NCBI GenBank assembly: GCA_046293395.1
Contig: JBKBOU010000001.1
Location: 417,271-481,270 of the forward strand
Source: Spirosomataceae bacterium
GTDB lineage: Bacteria > Bacteroidota > Bacteroidia > Cytophagales > Spirosomataceae
DNA length: 64,000 nt
Reading direction: 5' to 3'
The position numbers and the translations under genes are program-made. How positions within the stretch are numbered: position 1 is the first letter of the stretch; each line of letters opens with the position of its first letter. Below are positions 1 to 10,086 of the stretch, piece after piece. The notes below the pieces were generated by a model. It saw nothing but the letters and a program-made list of their open reading frames with translations. It made no database searches and had not been told where the DNA came from.

Positions 1-435
1 GAAGAGCAGTGGGATGATGTCCTTAGAATTAATCTAAAGTCTGTATTCAATATGACCAAAGCAGCTACCAAACCGATGATGCGTGCTAAAAAAGGGTCGA
101 TTATTAATATTACGTCTGTCGTTGGTCTAATGGGAAATGCGGGTCAAGCAAATTATGCGGCTTCTAAAGCAGGTATTCTCGGTTTTACAAAATCAATGGC
201 AAAAGAATTGGGTTCAAGAAATATTCGTTCAAATGCACTTGCTCCAGGTTTTATTGAAACCGAAATGACAGGTGAACTAAACGAAGCTCAACTGCAAGAA
301 TGGCTAAAATCTATTCCATTAAAGAGGGCAGGAAAAGGGGAAGATATTGCCAATGCTTGTTTATTCTTAGCTTCTGACATGTCTGCATACATGACTGGTC
401 AGGTGCTTGTTGTTGATGGCGGAATGCTGATGTAA
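1..435 (+). CDS. fabG: 3-oxoacyl-[acyl-carrier-protein] reductase FabG, C-terminal part (5' end outside window)
   Basis: Frame 1 is open from nt 1 (EEQWDDVLRINLKSVFNMTK...). Classical SDR catalytic YAASKAG motif, PGFIETEMT, ends GQVLVVDGGMLM. Followed by a hairpin terminator. Confidence 0.85.
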   Translation, partial: EEQWDDVLRINLKSVFNMTKAATKPMMRAKKGSIINITSVVGLMGNAGQANYAASKAGILGFTKSMAKELGSRNIRSNALAPGFIETEMTGELNEAQLQEWLKSIPLKRAGKGEDIANACLFLASDMSAYMTGQVLVVDGGMLM

Positions 436-459
436 CGATTTCTTCTTTTTAAGTTTTCA

Positions 460-489
460 AAAGGTACATGTTTGGCATGTACCTTTTTC
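460..489 (+). terminator. Rho-independent terminator after fabG
   Basis: AAAGGTACATG / TTTGG loop / CATGTACCTTT perfect stem followed by a T run. Confidence 0.75.
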
Positions 490-520
490 GTTTACTTTTG
501 TAAGACAACGCTGATTATCT

Positions 521-2605
521 ATGAATATCCCATCTCTTTTGCAATTTCACTTCGCCCAATTGGTGCTCCTCTTGCTCATTCCCTCGGCTATTTCTGCATT
601 GTTGTATTGGAAAGACAACGATATTACCCCGAAACTGAGATGGATGCTTGCCGGTTTCCGGTTTATTGCAGTATTCATTTTGGTTGTATTTCTCTTTAAC
701 TGGAAATGGTTTGGGCAGCAAAGTGTAGTTGTAAAACCTACATTAGCTGTTTTGGTCGATGATTCAGAGTCTATGAAGACAGATAGTACTTCTGTATTTT
801 CTTTTATGAACAGCGATGTTGCAAAGTTAGAAAAAGCGGGTTATCAAGTGGATGTATTTAACTTAGGACAAGAAAAGCTGGTTCTTGATTCACTCAATTT
901 TAAAAGAAAAGATTCCCCGCTAATTTCAGCGATAAATCAATTGGTGGCTTCTTATGAGAAAGATAATTATTTGGTTGGTTTGGTGAATTTATCTGACGGA
1001 ATTGTCACTTCCGGAATTTCGGATGTTTCCAATCTACCACCTTCTGTTCCCATTCACTCTCTTGCATTGGGGGATACAACAGAACGGAAAGACATGCGTG
1101 TTGTTTCTGTTATTGCTAATAAGTCTGTTTTAATTGGAAATAGTTTCGAAATTTCGGCTCAATTTGCCTCATCAGGCTTTGTAAATCAACAAGTGGAGGT
1201 CGTTTTAAAGAAGGAAGGAAAGGTGATTCAAAAGAAAGATTGGTTCATCTCGAATCGTTCGGATTATTTGCGCCTTTCTTTTTTTGAAAAAGCGACGGAA
1301 AAAGGGGTGAGTGGTTATCAGATTGAAATTCTTTCTCCTGCCGCGGATAAGAACAAGCAAAATGATAGTAAGTCTGTTTTGGTGGAAGTGGTTGAAGGGA
1401 AAAAGAAGGTACTTATTTTAGCAAACAGCCCGCATCCTGATATTCGTATGTTTGAGGCGATTTTGGCAACCAGTGCGCAGTTTCAAGTAACAACGCACGT
1501 TTTATCTATTTCCTCTGCTAAATCTACACTGGATAAATTAACGGATGAGAAGTACGAATGGATTATCGCCCATCAGATTCCTTCCTCTTCGACGTACTCA
1601 CAAGAATTAATTTCTACGTTTATTCGAAAGGGCACACCTGTTTTCTTTGTTGTTGGGGCGCAAACATCCATTCTTCAATTAAATAAATTACAAGATGCAC
1701 TCCAAATTGCTGTTGCAAGCTCTCGCGCAGATAAAGTGCGTGGTGTTTTAGCAAATGGACAAGAATCTCTTTTGATTGATGAAGAATGGGTTAAACTTTT
1801 ACCCGATTTTCCGGCTGTGCTTTCACCATACGGTACTTTTCAGGTAGCGCCAACAAGTCAAGTTATTTTAGAACAAAGCATCGGGACGGTCAAGACAAAT
1901 AAACCTTTGCTTTTCGTTCAAACTACTGGAGCGGCGCCACTTGGTTTTTTTGTAGGCGATGGACTTTGGCAGTGGAGGATGGCTTCGTTTCAAGAAAAGT
2001 CGGAGTTTTCTATATTTGATACATTTTGGCTTAAAATGTTCCAATTAATTGAGAAAAAATCAGAATCAAATCAATTACGTGTACGTCCGACCAAAGAGGT
2101 TTTCTATCAAGGAGAACCGATTGAATTACTTTTGGAGACCTTCAATGTCTTGGGAGAACCAATTTCTAACCAGGTAGTTTCTCTCGTTATTCAAAGTAAA
2201 AAGAATTTTAAAAAATCGTATGAGGCAACTTCTGAGGTGCCAGCAACTACTTTTCAACAATCGGGCTATAATGCGGGTCTTTATACTTTTCAAGCGGAGG
2301 CGACTTTGGATGGTCAGAAAGTTAAAACAGCGGGTTATTTTGAAGTGAGTCTTGTAAATAAAGAAACTGAAATCAAAGAAGCGAATCACGATTTGCTTCG
2401 AACATTATCGGTTGGTTCAAAAGGTCAATTTACAACAAGTAAAAACAAAGAGGCATGGTTAAAATCGCTATTGGATGCTGTGCCCGCAGGAAAAGTAATC
2501 GCACGGGAAGAATGGACAGATACAATTGACTGGCCTATTTTATTCTTAGTATTGCTTATAAGTCTATCTTTTGAATGGGGAATTCGTAAATATATTGGTA
2601 AATAA
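521..2605 (+). CDS. Membrane protein with N-terminal double-TM segment (BatA-N-like), vWA/MIDAS-like motif and C-terminal TM anchor; function unknown
   Basis: ATG at 521. Two hydrophobic helices in the first ~65 aa, then LAVLVDDSESM (DxSxS MIDAS-type motif). GDGLWQWRM motif. C-terminal helix WPILFLVLLISLSFEWGIRK. 694 aa uninterrupted. Confidence 0.6.
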   Translation: MNIPSLLQFHFAQLVLLLLIPSAISALLYWKDNDITPKLRWMLAGFRFIAVFILVVFLFNWKWFGQQSVVVKPTLAVLVDDSESMKTDSTSVFSFMNSDVAKLEKAGYQVDVFNLGQEKLVLDSLNFKRKDSPLISAINQLVASYEKDNYLVGLVNLSDGIVTSGISDVSNLPPSVPIHSLALGDTTERKDMRVVSVIANKSVLIGNSFEISAQFASSGFVNQQVEVVLKKEGKVIQKKDWFISNRSDYLRLSFFEKATEKGVSGYQIEILSPAADKNKQNDSKSVLVEVVEGKKKVLILANSPHPDIRMFEAILATSAQFQVTTHVLSISSAKSTLDKLTDEKYEWIIAHQIPSSSTYSQELISTFIRKGTPVFFVVGAQTSILQLNKLQDALQIAVASSRADKVRGVLANGQESLLIDEEWVKLLPDFPAVLSPYGTFQVAPTSQVILEQSIGTVKTNKPLLFVQTTGAAPLGFFVGDGLWQWRMASFQEKSEFSIFDTFWLKMFQLIEKKSESNQLRVRPTKEVFYQGEPIELLLETFNVLGEPISNQVVSLVIQSKKNFKKSYEATSEVPATTFQQSGYNAGLYTFQAEATLDGQKVKTAGYFEVSLVNKETEIKEANHDLLRTLSVGSKGQFTTSKNKEAWLKSLLDAVPAGKVIAREEWTDTIDWPILFLVLLISLSFEWGIRKYIGK

Positions 2606-2614
2606 ATACATACA

Positions 2615-3595
2615 ATGGCATTAACAATTGGTGATAAAGTGCGTCTTTTGCACGGGAGAGAAGAAGGAAACATCGTTTCTATTTCGGCTGGAAATATCGT
2701 TGAAGTTGAAATTGAAGAGGGATTTCTGCTCCCTGTTCATGCATCAGAAGTGGTGAAAATCGCAGATCATGAATTAACTTACTTCAAGCCTGAAGCAAAA
2801 TCAGCTTCTCCAACGACGAGTGGAAGTGGCATGAAAACAAAACCCCTCGCTGAAACGGGCATTTATTTGTCTTTTTTACCCATTAATAACGAACGAATTG
2901 TACTCTATATCTCAAATAATACAGATTGGACTTTGTCTTATGTATTGACAAATGAGAAAAATGGTCAAACATTTGGGCTACTTGGAGGTAGTTTAGCTCC
3001 AAAAGAAACCGCTAAATCATTGACAGAATTTAAACTTTCTCAGTTTGAAGATTGGGGAAGTTTTCAGTTTCAAACCTTGTTTTTCAGAGAAGGAGCAATG
3101 CCTATAAAGCCTCTGTTTGAACACAAACTTCGTTGTCGTGCCAATTCGTTCTTTTCCAAGAAACAAGCCATTCCATTGATTAATGAATCAGGGTATGTTT
3201 TTCAATTAGACGCTAAACCTGTTGCTCAAGTGGACTTGACAACGCTTTCCGCTCAAAAACTCAAAGATGCGATGTTGAGTAAAAATGTGGAGGAGGTCTC
3301 GGCTATTTCATCCGTAGAACAAGTTATTGATTTACACATTGAGAAAATCACGCCTGCTGGTGTAACAATTCCACAAAATGAATGCTTGGGTTTTCAATTG
3401 AATCACTTTATGAAATGTTTAGAGGCAGGTTTGGCGAAAGGTTTAGATACAATGACCTTTATTCATGGGGTAGGAAACGGCGTACTTAAACAAGAAATTC
3501 AACGTAAATTAACTAAACATAGCTCTGTGGCATGGTTTAAAGACGCACAAAAAGAAAAGTTCGGCTATGGCGCAACACTGATTAAATTCAAATAA
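2615..3595 (+). CDS. Smr-domain protein with N-terminal SH3/KOW-like segment (DUF2027-plus-Smr type)
   Basis: Starts 9 nt after the preceding stop. C-terminal module VIDLHIEKI...FIHGVGNGVLKQEIQRKL...GATLIKFK matches Smr (MutS2 C-terminal-type) domains. Confidence 0.7.
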   Translation: MALTIGDKVRLLHGREEGNIVSISAGNIVEVEIEEGFLLPVHASEVVKIADHELTYFKPEAKSASPTTSGSGMKTKPLAETGIYLSFLPINNERIVLYISNNTDWTLSYVLTNEKNGQTFGLLGGSLAPKETAKSLTEFKLSQFEDWGSFQFQTLFFREGAMPIKPLFEHKLRCRANSFFSKKQAIPLINESGYVFQLDAKPVAQVDLTTLSAQKLKDAMLSKNVEEVSAISSVEQVIDLHIEKITPAGVTIPQNECLGFQLNHFMKCLEAGLAKGLDTMTFIHGVGNGVLKQEIQRKLTKHSSVAWFKDAQKEKFGYGATLIKFK

Positions 3596-3599
3596 ATAC

Positions 3600-5009
3600 A
3601 TGAGATTCGTACATTATCTTTTACTAGGTGGGTTGCAAATAGCGACACTTTCACCTGTTATCGCGCAAAAAAATATCAAAGTAGAAGCTCCCACAGAAAT
3701 TCCAGCAGTTTCAAATGTGCCTTCGTTTCGGCTTGTTTCAACGATTGCATTACCCATTGATATTTCGTTAACAGATTTAGAAAAGCAGATTAACCAATCC
3801 ATCGGGACAGAAATCTACAAAGATGATAGCTTTACAAATAATAATAACGATGATTTAAAGGTGTTGATTACCAAAACCAAAAACATGGTTTTTACATCAG
3901 CTACCAATAATATCTTTGATTTTGCTGTTCCGATCAAAATTTGGGTACAAAAAGGATATGGGGCATTTGGAATCAAACAATACGGAGAAACTTCATTTGA
4001 AGTGATTATGCGTTTTTCTACTGCATTTAATTTACTTCCCGATTGGAAAATCAAAACAGTGACTACCCCAAAAGGATTTTCGTATGTGACCAAGCCCACG
4101 TTAAAAGTAGGAGGCGTTGAAATCCCAATTACTGCGGTCGTTACTAAATTATTGCAAGCCAATTTGCAAGAGGTCGCTTCTACAATTGACGAAACCATCT
4201 CCAAGGAAATTACCTTGGATAAATACGTTATTCAAGCTTGGAATACAGCGCAAACTCCTTATCTACTAGACGACGAATACCAAACATGGTTGCAGTTTAC
4301 TCCATTAGAGGTAAGTACGACACCTATTACATACGACAAACGAAAAATAAAGCTGACCGTCGGACTGAAAGCGTACACGGAAACATCCATCGGGAAAAAG
4401 CCACAACCGGCTGCACCCATCACGAAAGCACCACCTTTTAAAAGTTCTACAACTATCGCGGAAAGTTTTAAGGTGAGCCTTGTGAATACAGTAGGGTATG
4501 AGGAAGCAACTAACCTAGCAAAAAAGAATTTTATCGGAACAGAATATTCGTTCAAAGAAGGAAAATATAAAATTTCGATAGAAGATGTCTCTGTTCTTGG
4601 CTCAGGAGATAAATTGGTTTTTCAAATTCAATTGGCTGGTAGTTTAAAGGGAACGATTTACCTGAAGGCATTACCAGTATATGACCCTGCCACGCAAGCT
4701 ATTGTATTGGGTGAGCCAGAATTTGATATTAAAACAAAAAATGTACTGGTAAAATTAGCTGCTTGGATTTTTGATGGAACTTTGGAAAAGAAAATCCAAA
4801 AAGATTTTCAAGTTCCACTCGCTTCCATGCTTGCCGATGGACAAAAAAGTGTGGAGGAGGCAATAAATTCGGAATATTTGAAAGGAGTGAAGCTGATGGG
4901 AAAAGTGATTCATATTACTCCCGACCAAATTTTTGTTACACCCGAAGGGATTACCGCTACGGTTTTGGCTGAAGGAAAACTGCAACTTCTAGTGCAGGGC
5001 ATGAATTAA
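3600..5009 (+). CDS. Secreted protein of unknown function (resembles DUF4403-type proteins)
   Basis: Starts 4 nt after the preceding stop. Signal peptide MRFVHYLLLGGLQIATLSPVIAQ. 469 aa with no motifs I can assign; the family guess is from size and composition only. Confidence 0.45.
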   Translation: MRFVHYLLLGGLQIATLSPVIAQKNIKVEAPTEIPAVSNVPSFRLVSTIALPIDISLTDLEKQINQSIGTEIYKDDSFTNNNNDDLKVLITKTKNMVFTSATNNIFDFAVPIKIWVQKGYGAFGIKQYGETSFEVIMRFSTAFNLLPDWKIKTVTTPKGFSYVTKPTLKVGGVEIPITAVVTKLLQANLQEVASTIDETISKEITLDKYVIQAWNTAQTPYLLDDEYQTWLQFTPLEVSTTPITYDKRKIKLTVGLKAYTETSIGKKPQPAAPITKAPPFKSSTTIAESFKVSLVNTVGYEEATNLAKKNFIGTEYSFKEGKYKISIEDVSVLGSGDKLVFQIQLAGSLKGTIYLKALPVYDPATQAIVLGEPEFDIKTKNVLVKLAAWIFDGTLEKKIQKDFQVPLASMLADGQKSVEEAINSEYLKGVKLMGKVIHITPDQIFVTPEGITATVLAEGKLQLLVQGMN

Positions 5010-5023
5010 CAAAACAGATTGAC

Positions 5024-5031
5024 TATCTTTG
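5024..5031 (+). promoter_or_regulatory. Candidate Bacteroidota -7 box (TAnnTTTG) for rnpB
   Basis: TATCTTTG ends about 5 nt before the predicted 5' end of RNase P RNA. Confidence 0.35.
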
Positions 5032-5035
5032 CAAG

Positions 5036-5399
5036 AAGAAAAGGTTGCCTTATCGCTGGCTAGCAATAGCAAGAGGAAAGTCCGAGCAACACAGAGTACC
5101 ATGCTACCTAACGGGTAGGCGCTCAGAAATGAGTGACAGCTAGTGCCACAGAAATAAAACCGCCGTCGCAAGAAGGTAAGGGTGAAACGGAGGTGTAAGA
5201 GACCCCCGCTATTTTAGTGATAAAATAGGCAAGGTAAACCTCATGGGTTGAAAGATCAAATAAACCGGTATGCGAAAGCAGGAGGTGACTCGCCTTCGCC
5301 GGAGGGTAGATCGATAGAGGAATAAAGTGATTTATTCCCTAGATAAATGATAAGGGTGGATTTTTTTCCATACAGAACTCGGCTTATAAACCTTTTCTT
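5036..5399 (+). ncRNA. rnpB: RNase P RNA, bacterial type A
   Basis: Universal GAGGAAAGTCCGAGC (5073-5087); GTGCCACAGAAATAAAACCGCC; GGTAAGGGTGAAA; ACAGAACTCGGCTTA (5372-5386). P1 helix AGAAAAGGTT (5037-5046) pairs with AACCTTTTCT (5389-5398). Confidence 0.92.
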
Positions 5400-5433
5400 A
5401 TTTCAATATTATTGGAATGCCGTTTTTTTATTT

Positions 5434-5441
5434 TAAATTTG
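5434..5441 (+). promoter_or_regulatory. Candidate -7 box (TAAATTTG) for the rpsP operon
   Basis: Matches TAnnTTTG about 50 nt upstream of the rpsP ATG. A small AGGGA/TCCCT hairpin lies in the leader. Confidence 0.3.
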
Positions 5442-5491
5442 CATTCTAAATTTTTAACCGTAGGGACGGGTTCCCTCTTAATTTTCATTTT

Positions 5492-6040
5492 ATGTCAGTT
5501 AAAATCAGATTAGCTAGAAGAGGTCGTAAAAAAATGCCTATTTATGACATCGTAGTAGCCGATTCAAGATCACCACGTGATGGTAGATTCATCGAAAAAA
5601 TTGGTCAGTACAATCCACATGCTACTCCAGCTGGGATTTCACTTAAATCTGATCGTGCAATCTACTGGCTTATGGTAGGTGCTCAACCAACAGACACAAC
5701 ACGCAAAATTTTATCGGTATCAGGAATGATGTTGAAAAAACACTTGCAAGTTGGTGTAGAGAAAGGAGCTATCACGCAAGAAACAGCGGATGCGAAATTC
5801 AATGCTTGGTTGGAAGAAAAAGAGCGCGCTCGTATAGAGAAAATCTCGAAACTTAGCTCAGATAAAGATGCAGTGAAAAAAGCTGCTTTCGAAGCTGAAC
5901 GTAAGAAAAAACAAGATATGGAAGCTGCTAAAGCAAAAGCTTTGGCTGATGCTGCCGCTGCTGAAACGGCAGCAGAAGAAGCAACTGAAGAGCCTGCCGG
6001 TGAGTCAGAAGCACCTGCTGAAGAGTCAACAGAAGCATAA
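5492..6040 (+). CDS. rpsP: 30S ribosomal protein S16 with long Ala/Glu/Lys-rich C-terminal extension
   Basis: [42 protein letters not shown] is canonical S16. About 100 extra low-complexity residues at the C-terminus. Confidence 0.93.
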   Translation: MSVKIRLARRGRKKMPIYDIVVADSRSPRDGRFIEKIGQYNPHATPAGISLKSDRAIYWLMVGAQPTDTTRKILSVSGMMLKKHLQVGVEKGAITQETADAKFNAWLEEKERARIEKISKLSSDKDAVKKAAFEAERKKKQDMEAAKAKALADAAAAETAAEEATEEPAGESEAPAEESTEA

Positions 6041-6067
6041 GCTTGCTTTGAGTCAATTTATCTTATT

Positions 6068-6096
6068 AAAAATCCTCGCCCAAAGCGGGGATTTTT
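6068..6096 (+). terminator. Hairpin (terminator/attenuator) after rpsP
   Basis: AAAATCCTCGC-CCAAA-GCGGGGATTTTT imperfect stem plus T run. Confidence 0.55.
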
Positions 6097-6125
6097 AGTT
6101 TTCATCCTCGCTAATTTCTTGTAAT

Positions 6126-6659
6126 ATGACGAAAAACGACTGTTTCCAGCTCGGAAAAATAACAAAAACACACGGATTAAAAGGTGAAGTCATCGTTTGG
6201 CTCGATGTGGACTTCCCCGAAGAATACGAGGAAATGGATTCTGTTTTCCTCGATGTAAAAGGAGAACTCGTTCCTTATTTCTTTGAAGAATTACAATTGA
6301 AAGGAAAAAAATCAATTGCAAAATTTGAAAATATCAATACGTTCGAAGCGGCTCAAGCTATCGTTAATCTTGATATGTATCTGCCATTGGATACATTACC
6401 TGACCTAGACGATGACCAATTTTATTATCACGATGTAATTGGATATAAAGTCTTTGACGAAAGTAGCAATCAGATGCTCGGTGAGGTAAAAGCTATTTAC
6501 GAGGCCGTTCAGCAAGATTTAATTGCCGTTATGTTTGAAGGAAAAGAAATTCTGATACCTATCGCAGATAGTATTGTTCTACGTGCAGACCATACAGAAA
6601 AACAAATAGTGGTGTCTCTGCCAGATGGACTTTTAGATGTATATTTAACCGATAAGTAA
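6126..6659 (+). CDS. rimM: 16S rRNA processing protein RimM
   Basis: N-terminal GKITKTHGLKGEV motif, about 177 aa, and classic rpsP-rimM-trmD order. Confidence 0.88.
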   Translation: MTKNDCFQLGKITKTHGLKGEVIVWLDVDFPEEYEEMDSVFLDVKGELVPYFFEELQLKGKKSIAKFENINTFEAAQAIVNLDMYLPLDTLPDLDDDQFYYHDVIGYKVFDESSNQMLGEVKAIYEAVQQDLIAVMFEGKEILIPIADSIVLRADHTEKQIVVSLPDGLLDVYLTDK

Positions 6660-6662
6660 ACG

Positions 6663-7340
6663 ATGTTTCGAATAGATATTATCTCTTGTGTTCCCCGCTT
6701 GATGGATAGCTTTTTTGCTCATTCCATTCTACATAGAGCGCAACAAAATAAATTGGTGTCCATCCATATTCATGATTTGCGTAATTATGGATTAGGTGCA
6801 AGTCGCCAAATTGATGATTATGCCTTCGGTGGTGGGGCAGGAATGGTCATGATGATTGAACCATTGGTGAATTGTATTCGTGATTTGCAAAATAAAGTGA
6901 ATTATGATGAAGTAATCTACATGACCCCCGATGGTGAACGATTGGCTCAAAAAACGGTAAATCAACTTTCGTTAGCTTCTAATTTACTGCTTATCGCAGG
7001 TCATTACAAAGGCATTGATGAACGTGTGCGGGAGCACTTCGTTACAAAGGAAATTTCCATCGGTGATTATGTCTTATCTGGGGGCGAATTGCCTGCCGCT
7101 ATCCTGACAGACGCCATTGTTCGACTTCTTCCTGGCGTATTGAATGACGAAACTTCTGCTTTAACGGACTCCTTCCAAGACAACCTTTTAGCCCCACCTG
7201 TATATACGCGACCAGCTGATTTTGAAGGGTGGAAAGTGCCTGAAATCCTATTATCAGGCCACGAAAAGAAAATCAATGATTGGCGTTTGGAACAATCCAT
7301 TCAACGTACGCAAACAAGACGTCCAGATTTGCTTGATTAG
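6663..7340 (+). CDS. trmD: tRNA (guanine37-N1)-methyltransferase TrmD
   Basis: Starts 3 nt after rim[24 protein letters not shown] and [14 protein letters not shown] motifs of TrmD. Confidence 0.92.
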   Translation: MFRIDIISCVPRLMDSFFAHSILHRAQQNKLVSIHIHDLRNYGLGASRQIDDYAFGGGAGMVMMIEPLVNCIRDLQNKVNYDEVIYMTPDGERLAQKTVNQLSLASNLLLIAGHYKGIDERVREHFVTKEISIGDYVLSGGELPAAILTDAIVRLLPGVLNDETSALTDSFQDNLLAPPVYTRPADFEGWKVPEILLSGHEKKINDWRLEQSIQRTQTRRPDLLD

Positions 7341-7436
7341 CCCTTTAAGTTGGGTTAACCTTATAAAATCTTCGATAAAATATGTATTTTTGCTTAATAT
7401 TGACTTTTTACTAAAATTTCGCTTGACTAATAGTTT

Positions 7437-10067
7437 ATGGCAGAAGAACTTGAAAATCTGGACAACGAAGGTGTGAATCAAGGAACCATTATTCCGATTC
7501 ATATCGAAGATGAAATGCGTGGTGCATACATCGATTATTCCATGTCCGTAATCATCTCAAGAGCATTACCTGATGTAAGAGATGGCTTTAAACCTGTACA
7601 CCGCCGTGTTTTGTACGGTATGTCTGAATTAGGCGTGTACCACAACAGACCTTATAAAAAATCAGCCAGAATAGTAGGAGAGGTGTTGGGTAAATACCAC
7701 CCGCACGGTGACTCTTCTGTCTATGAAACCATGGTTCGGATGGCCCAAGAATGGTCTCTCCGTTACCCATTGGTAGATGGGCAAGGTAACTTTGGTTCAA
7801 TAGATGGTGACTTTGCTGCTGCAATGAGATATACAGAAGCGCGTTTGAAAAGAGTTGCTGAGGAAATGCTCGCTGATATCAATAAGGATACAGTCACGTA
7901 TCAACCTAATTTTGATGATTCTCTGGAAGAGCCATCTGTATTGCCAGCCCGAATTCCGAATCTCTTACTGAATGGTTCGTCTGGTATTGCGGTAGGTATG
8001 GCTACCAATATGGCTCCCCACAATTTAACGGAAGTTGTTGACGGCATCGCTGCATACATCGAAAATCCTGAAATTGAAATTGCCGAGCTAATGGAGCATA
8101 TCAAAGCACCCGATTTCCCGACAGGTGGTATCATCTACGGGTATAATGGTGTCAAATCTGCCTTTGAAACTGGGAGAGGTCGAGTTGTTATTCGCTCTGT
8201 GGCAAATTTTGAAGTTAGTAAAACAGGCAAAGACCAAATTGTTGTGACTGAAATTCCGTACATGGTGAATAAAGCTGCCATGATTGAGAAAACAGCGCAA
8301 TTGGTGAATGAGAAAAAAATTGAAGGAATTTCTGATATTCGAGATGAGTCTGACAGAGATGGTTTGCGGATTGTCTATGATTTAAAAAGAGATGCTGTTC
8401 CAAACGTTGTTCTGAATAATCTTTATAAATATACGCAACTACAGTCTTCATTTAGCGTCAATAACGTGACTTTGGTGAATGGTCGCCCTATGTTGCTGAA
8501 TCTAAAGGAGTTGATAAAGTATTACGTAGAACACAGAATGAATGTGATAACGCGTCGTACTAAATTTGAACTTCGTGAAGCTGAAAAAAGAGCGCACATT
8601 CTCATTGGTTTATTGATTGCCCAAGATTTCATTGATGCAGTAATTGCATTAATTCGCCGTTCAAAAGATCCTGATGAGGCTAAATTAGGTTTAATGAAAG
8701 GAGATTTTATGCTCCCTGATCAAAAAGTTGATTTTGTTGCAAATGGATTGAACCGTCTCGGTATCGCCGATATAGTGAATGAAATTTCAGAGGATGCGAT
8801 TCTTAGTGATATCCAAGCCAAAGCCATTCTTGATATGCGTTTGCAAAGATTGACTGGCCTGGAAAGAGATAAAATTCTTGGAGAATTTGAGGAAATCAAA
8901 GCGACGATTATTCGCTTGAATGAGATTTTAGCCTCTGATGAACTTAAAAAAGGGCTTATCAAAGAAGATTTGGCTGATATCAAAGCAAAATTTGGTGACG
9001 CTCGTAGATCCAAGATTGAGCTCGCATCGGGTGAGTTTAGCATTGAAGATATGATACCAGATGATGAAATGCTCGTTACAATTTCAAATCAAGGATATAT
9101 CAAAAGAACATCTTTGCAAGAATATCGCACACAATCCCGTGGGGGAGTTGGCTCTCGTGCCGTAAAAACCAAAGATAATGACTATACAGAGCACTTGTTT
9201 GTTGCTACAAATCACAATTATTTGCTCTTCTTTACCGAGAAAGGTAAGTTATTCTGGCTTCGTGTTTTTGAAGTCCCTGAAGGTTCCAAAGTGTCTAAAG
9301 GACGAGCAATCCAAAACTTAATCAATATCGATGCAGATGACCGAATCAAGGCTGTTCTAAACGTGAAAACCCTCTCTGACCCTGACTATATCAATAACAA
9401 TTACATCGTTATGTGTACAGAAAAGGGAATTGTGAAGAAAACGCTTCTTGAATTGTACTCAAGACCACGACAAAACGGAATTATTGCTATTTCCATCAAC
9501 GAAGGCGATAATTTATTGGATGTTGCGTTGACGAACGGAGACAATTTTATCGTTATTGCAGGTCAAGAAGGAAAAGCTGTTCGGTTCCACGAAGCGGGTA
9601 TTCGTCCGATGGGTCGTGGTGCTGCGGGTGTGAAAGGAATTACGTTGGAAAATGAGACGAAAGCTATCGGAATGATTTGTGTATCAAGATTGGATACCCA
9701 ACTCTTGGTCGTTTCAGAAAACGGATACGGAAAACGGTCAGATTTGGAAGAATTTAGAGTTACTTCACGAGGAGCAAAAGGGGTGAAGTCCCTTCAAGTT
9801 TCGGATAAAACAGGTAAACTTGTCGCAATTAAAGAAGTAACTGACGAAGATGACTTGATGATTATTACCGTAAATGGCATCGCAATCCGAATGAATGTTT
9901 CTGATTTACGTGTGATGGGTCGTGCCACACAAGGGGTGAGGTTGATTAAATTGAATGGAAACGACGCTATTGCTTCCGTAACTCGTATCACGCGTGAAGA
10001 AGAAGTAGAAGAAATATCTCCAGAATCTACTGAAAACCCAGAAAGTGAGGTCGAACCACAAAATTAA
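7437..10067 (+). CDS. gyrA: DNA gyrase subunit A
   Basis: [29 protein letters not shown], active-site [11 protein letters not shown]-terminal beta-pinwheel repeats and acidic tail. Confidence 0.97.
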   Translation: MAEELENLDNEGVNQGTIIPIHIEDEMRGAYIDYSMSVIISRALPDVRDGFKPVHRRVLYGMSELGVYHNRPYKKSARIVGEVLGKYHPHGDSSVYETMVRMAQEWSLRYPLVDGQGNFGSIDGDFAAAMRYTEARLKRVAEEMLADINKDTVTYQPNFDDSLEEPSVLPARIPNLLLNGSSGIAVGMATNMAPHNLTEVVDGIAAYIENPEIEIAELMEHIKAPDFPTGGIIYGYNGVKSAFETGRGRVVIRSVANFEVSKTGKDQIVVTEIPYMVNKAAMIEKTAQLVNEKKIEGISDIRDESDRDGLRIVYDLKRDAVPNVVLNNLYKYTQLQSSFSVNNVTLVNGRPMLLNLKELIKYYVEHRMNVITRRTKFELREAEKRAHILIGLLIAQDFIDAVIALIRRSKDPDEAKLGLMKGDFMLPDQKVDFVANGLNRLGIADIVNEISEDAILSDIQAKAILDMRLQRLTGLERDKILGEFEEIKATIIRLNEILASDELKKGLIKEDLADIKAKFGDARRSKIELASGEFSIEDMIPDDEMLVTISNQGYIKRTSLQEYRTQSRGGVGSRAVKTKDNDYTEHLFVATNHNYLLFFTEKGKLFWLRVFEVPEGSKVSKGRAIQNLINIDADDRIKAVLNVKTLSDPDYINNNYIVMCTEKGIVKKTLLELYSRPRQNGIIAISINEGDNLLDVALTNGDNFIVIAGQEGKAVRFHEAGIRPMGRGAAGVKGITLENETKAIGMICVSRLDTQLLVVSENGYGKRSDLEEFRVTSRGAKGVKSLQVSDKTGKLVAIKEVTDEDDLMIITVNGIAIRMNVSDLRVMGRATQGVRLIKLNGNDAIASVTRITREEEVEEISPESTENPESEVEPQN

Positions 10068-10086
10068 TTTTTTTGCAAACAACTAA

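Noticed and set aside
472-721. ORF-track entries 472..699 (+) and 515..721 (-).
   Set aside because: They cover the fabG terminator and the 5' end of the 694-aa gene in other frames. They have low-complexity composition and no independent signals.
7341-7436. Absence of rplS after trmD as a sign of rearrangement or insertion.
   Set aside because: The rpsP-rimM-trmD genes followed by an unrelated gene leave no sequence scar here. The junction is a short ordinary spacer with promoter-like A/T elements for gyrA.
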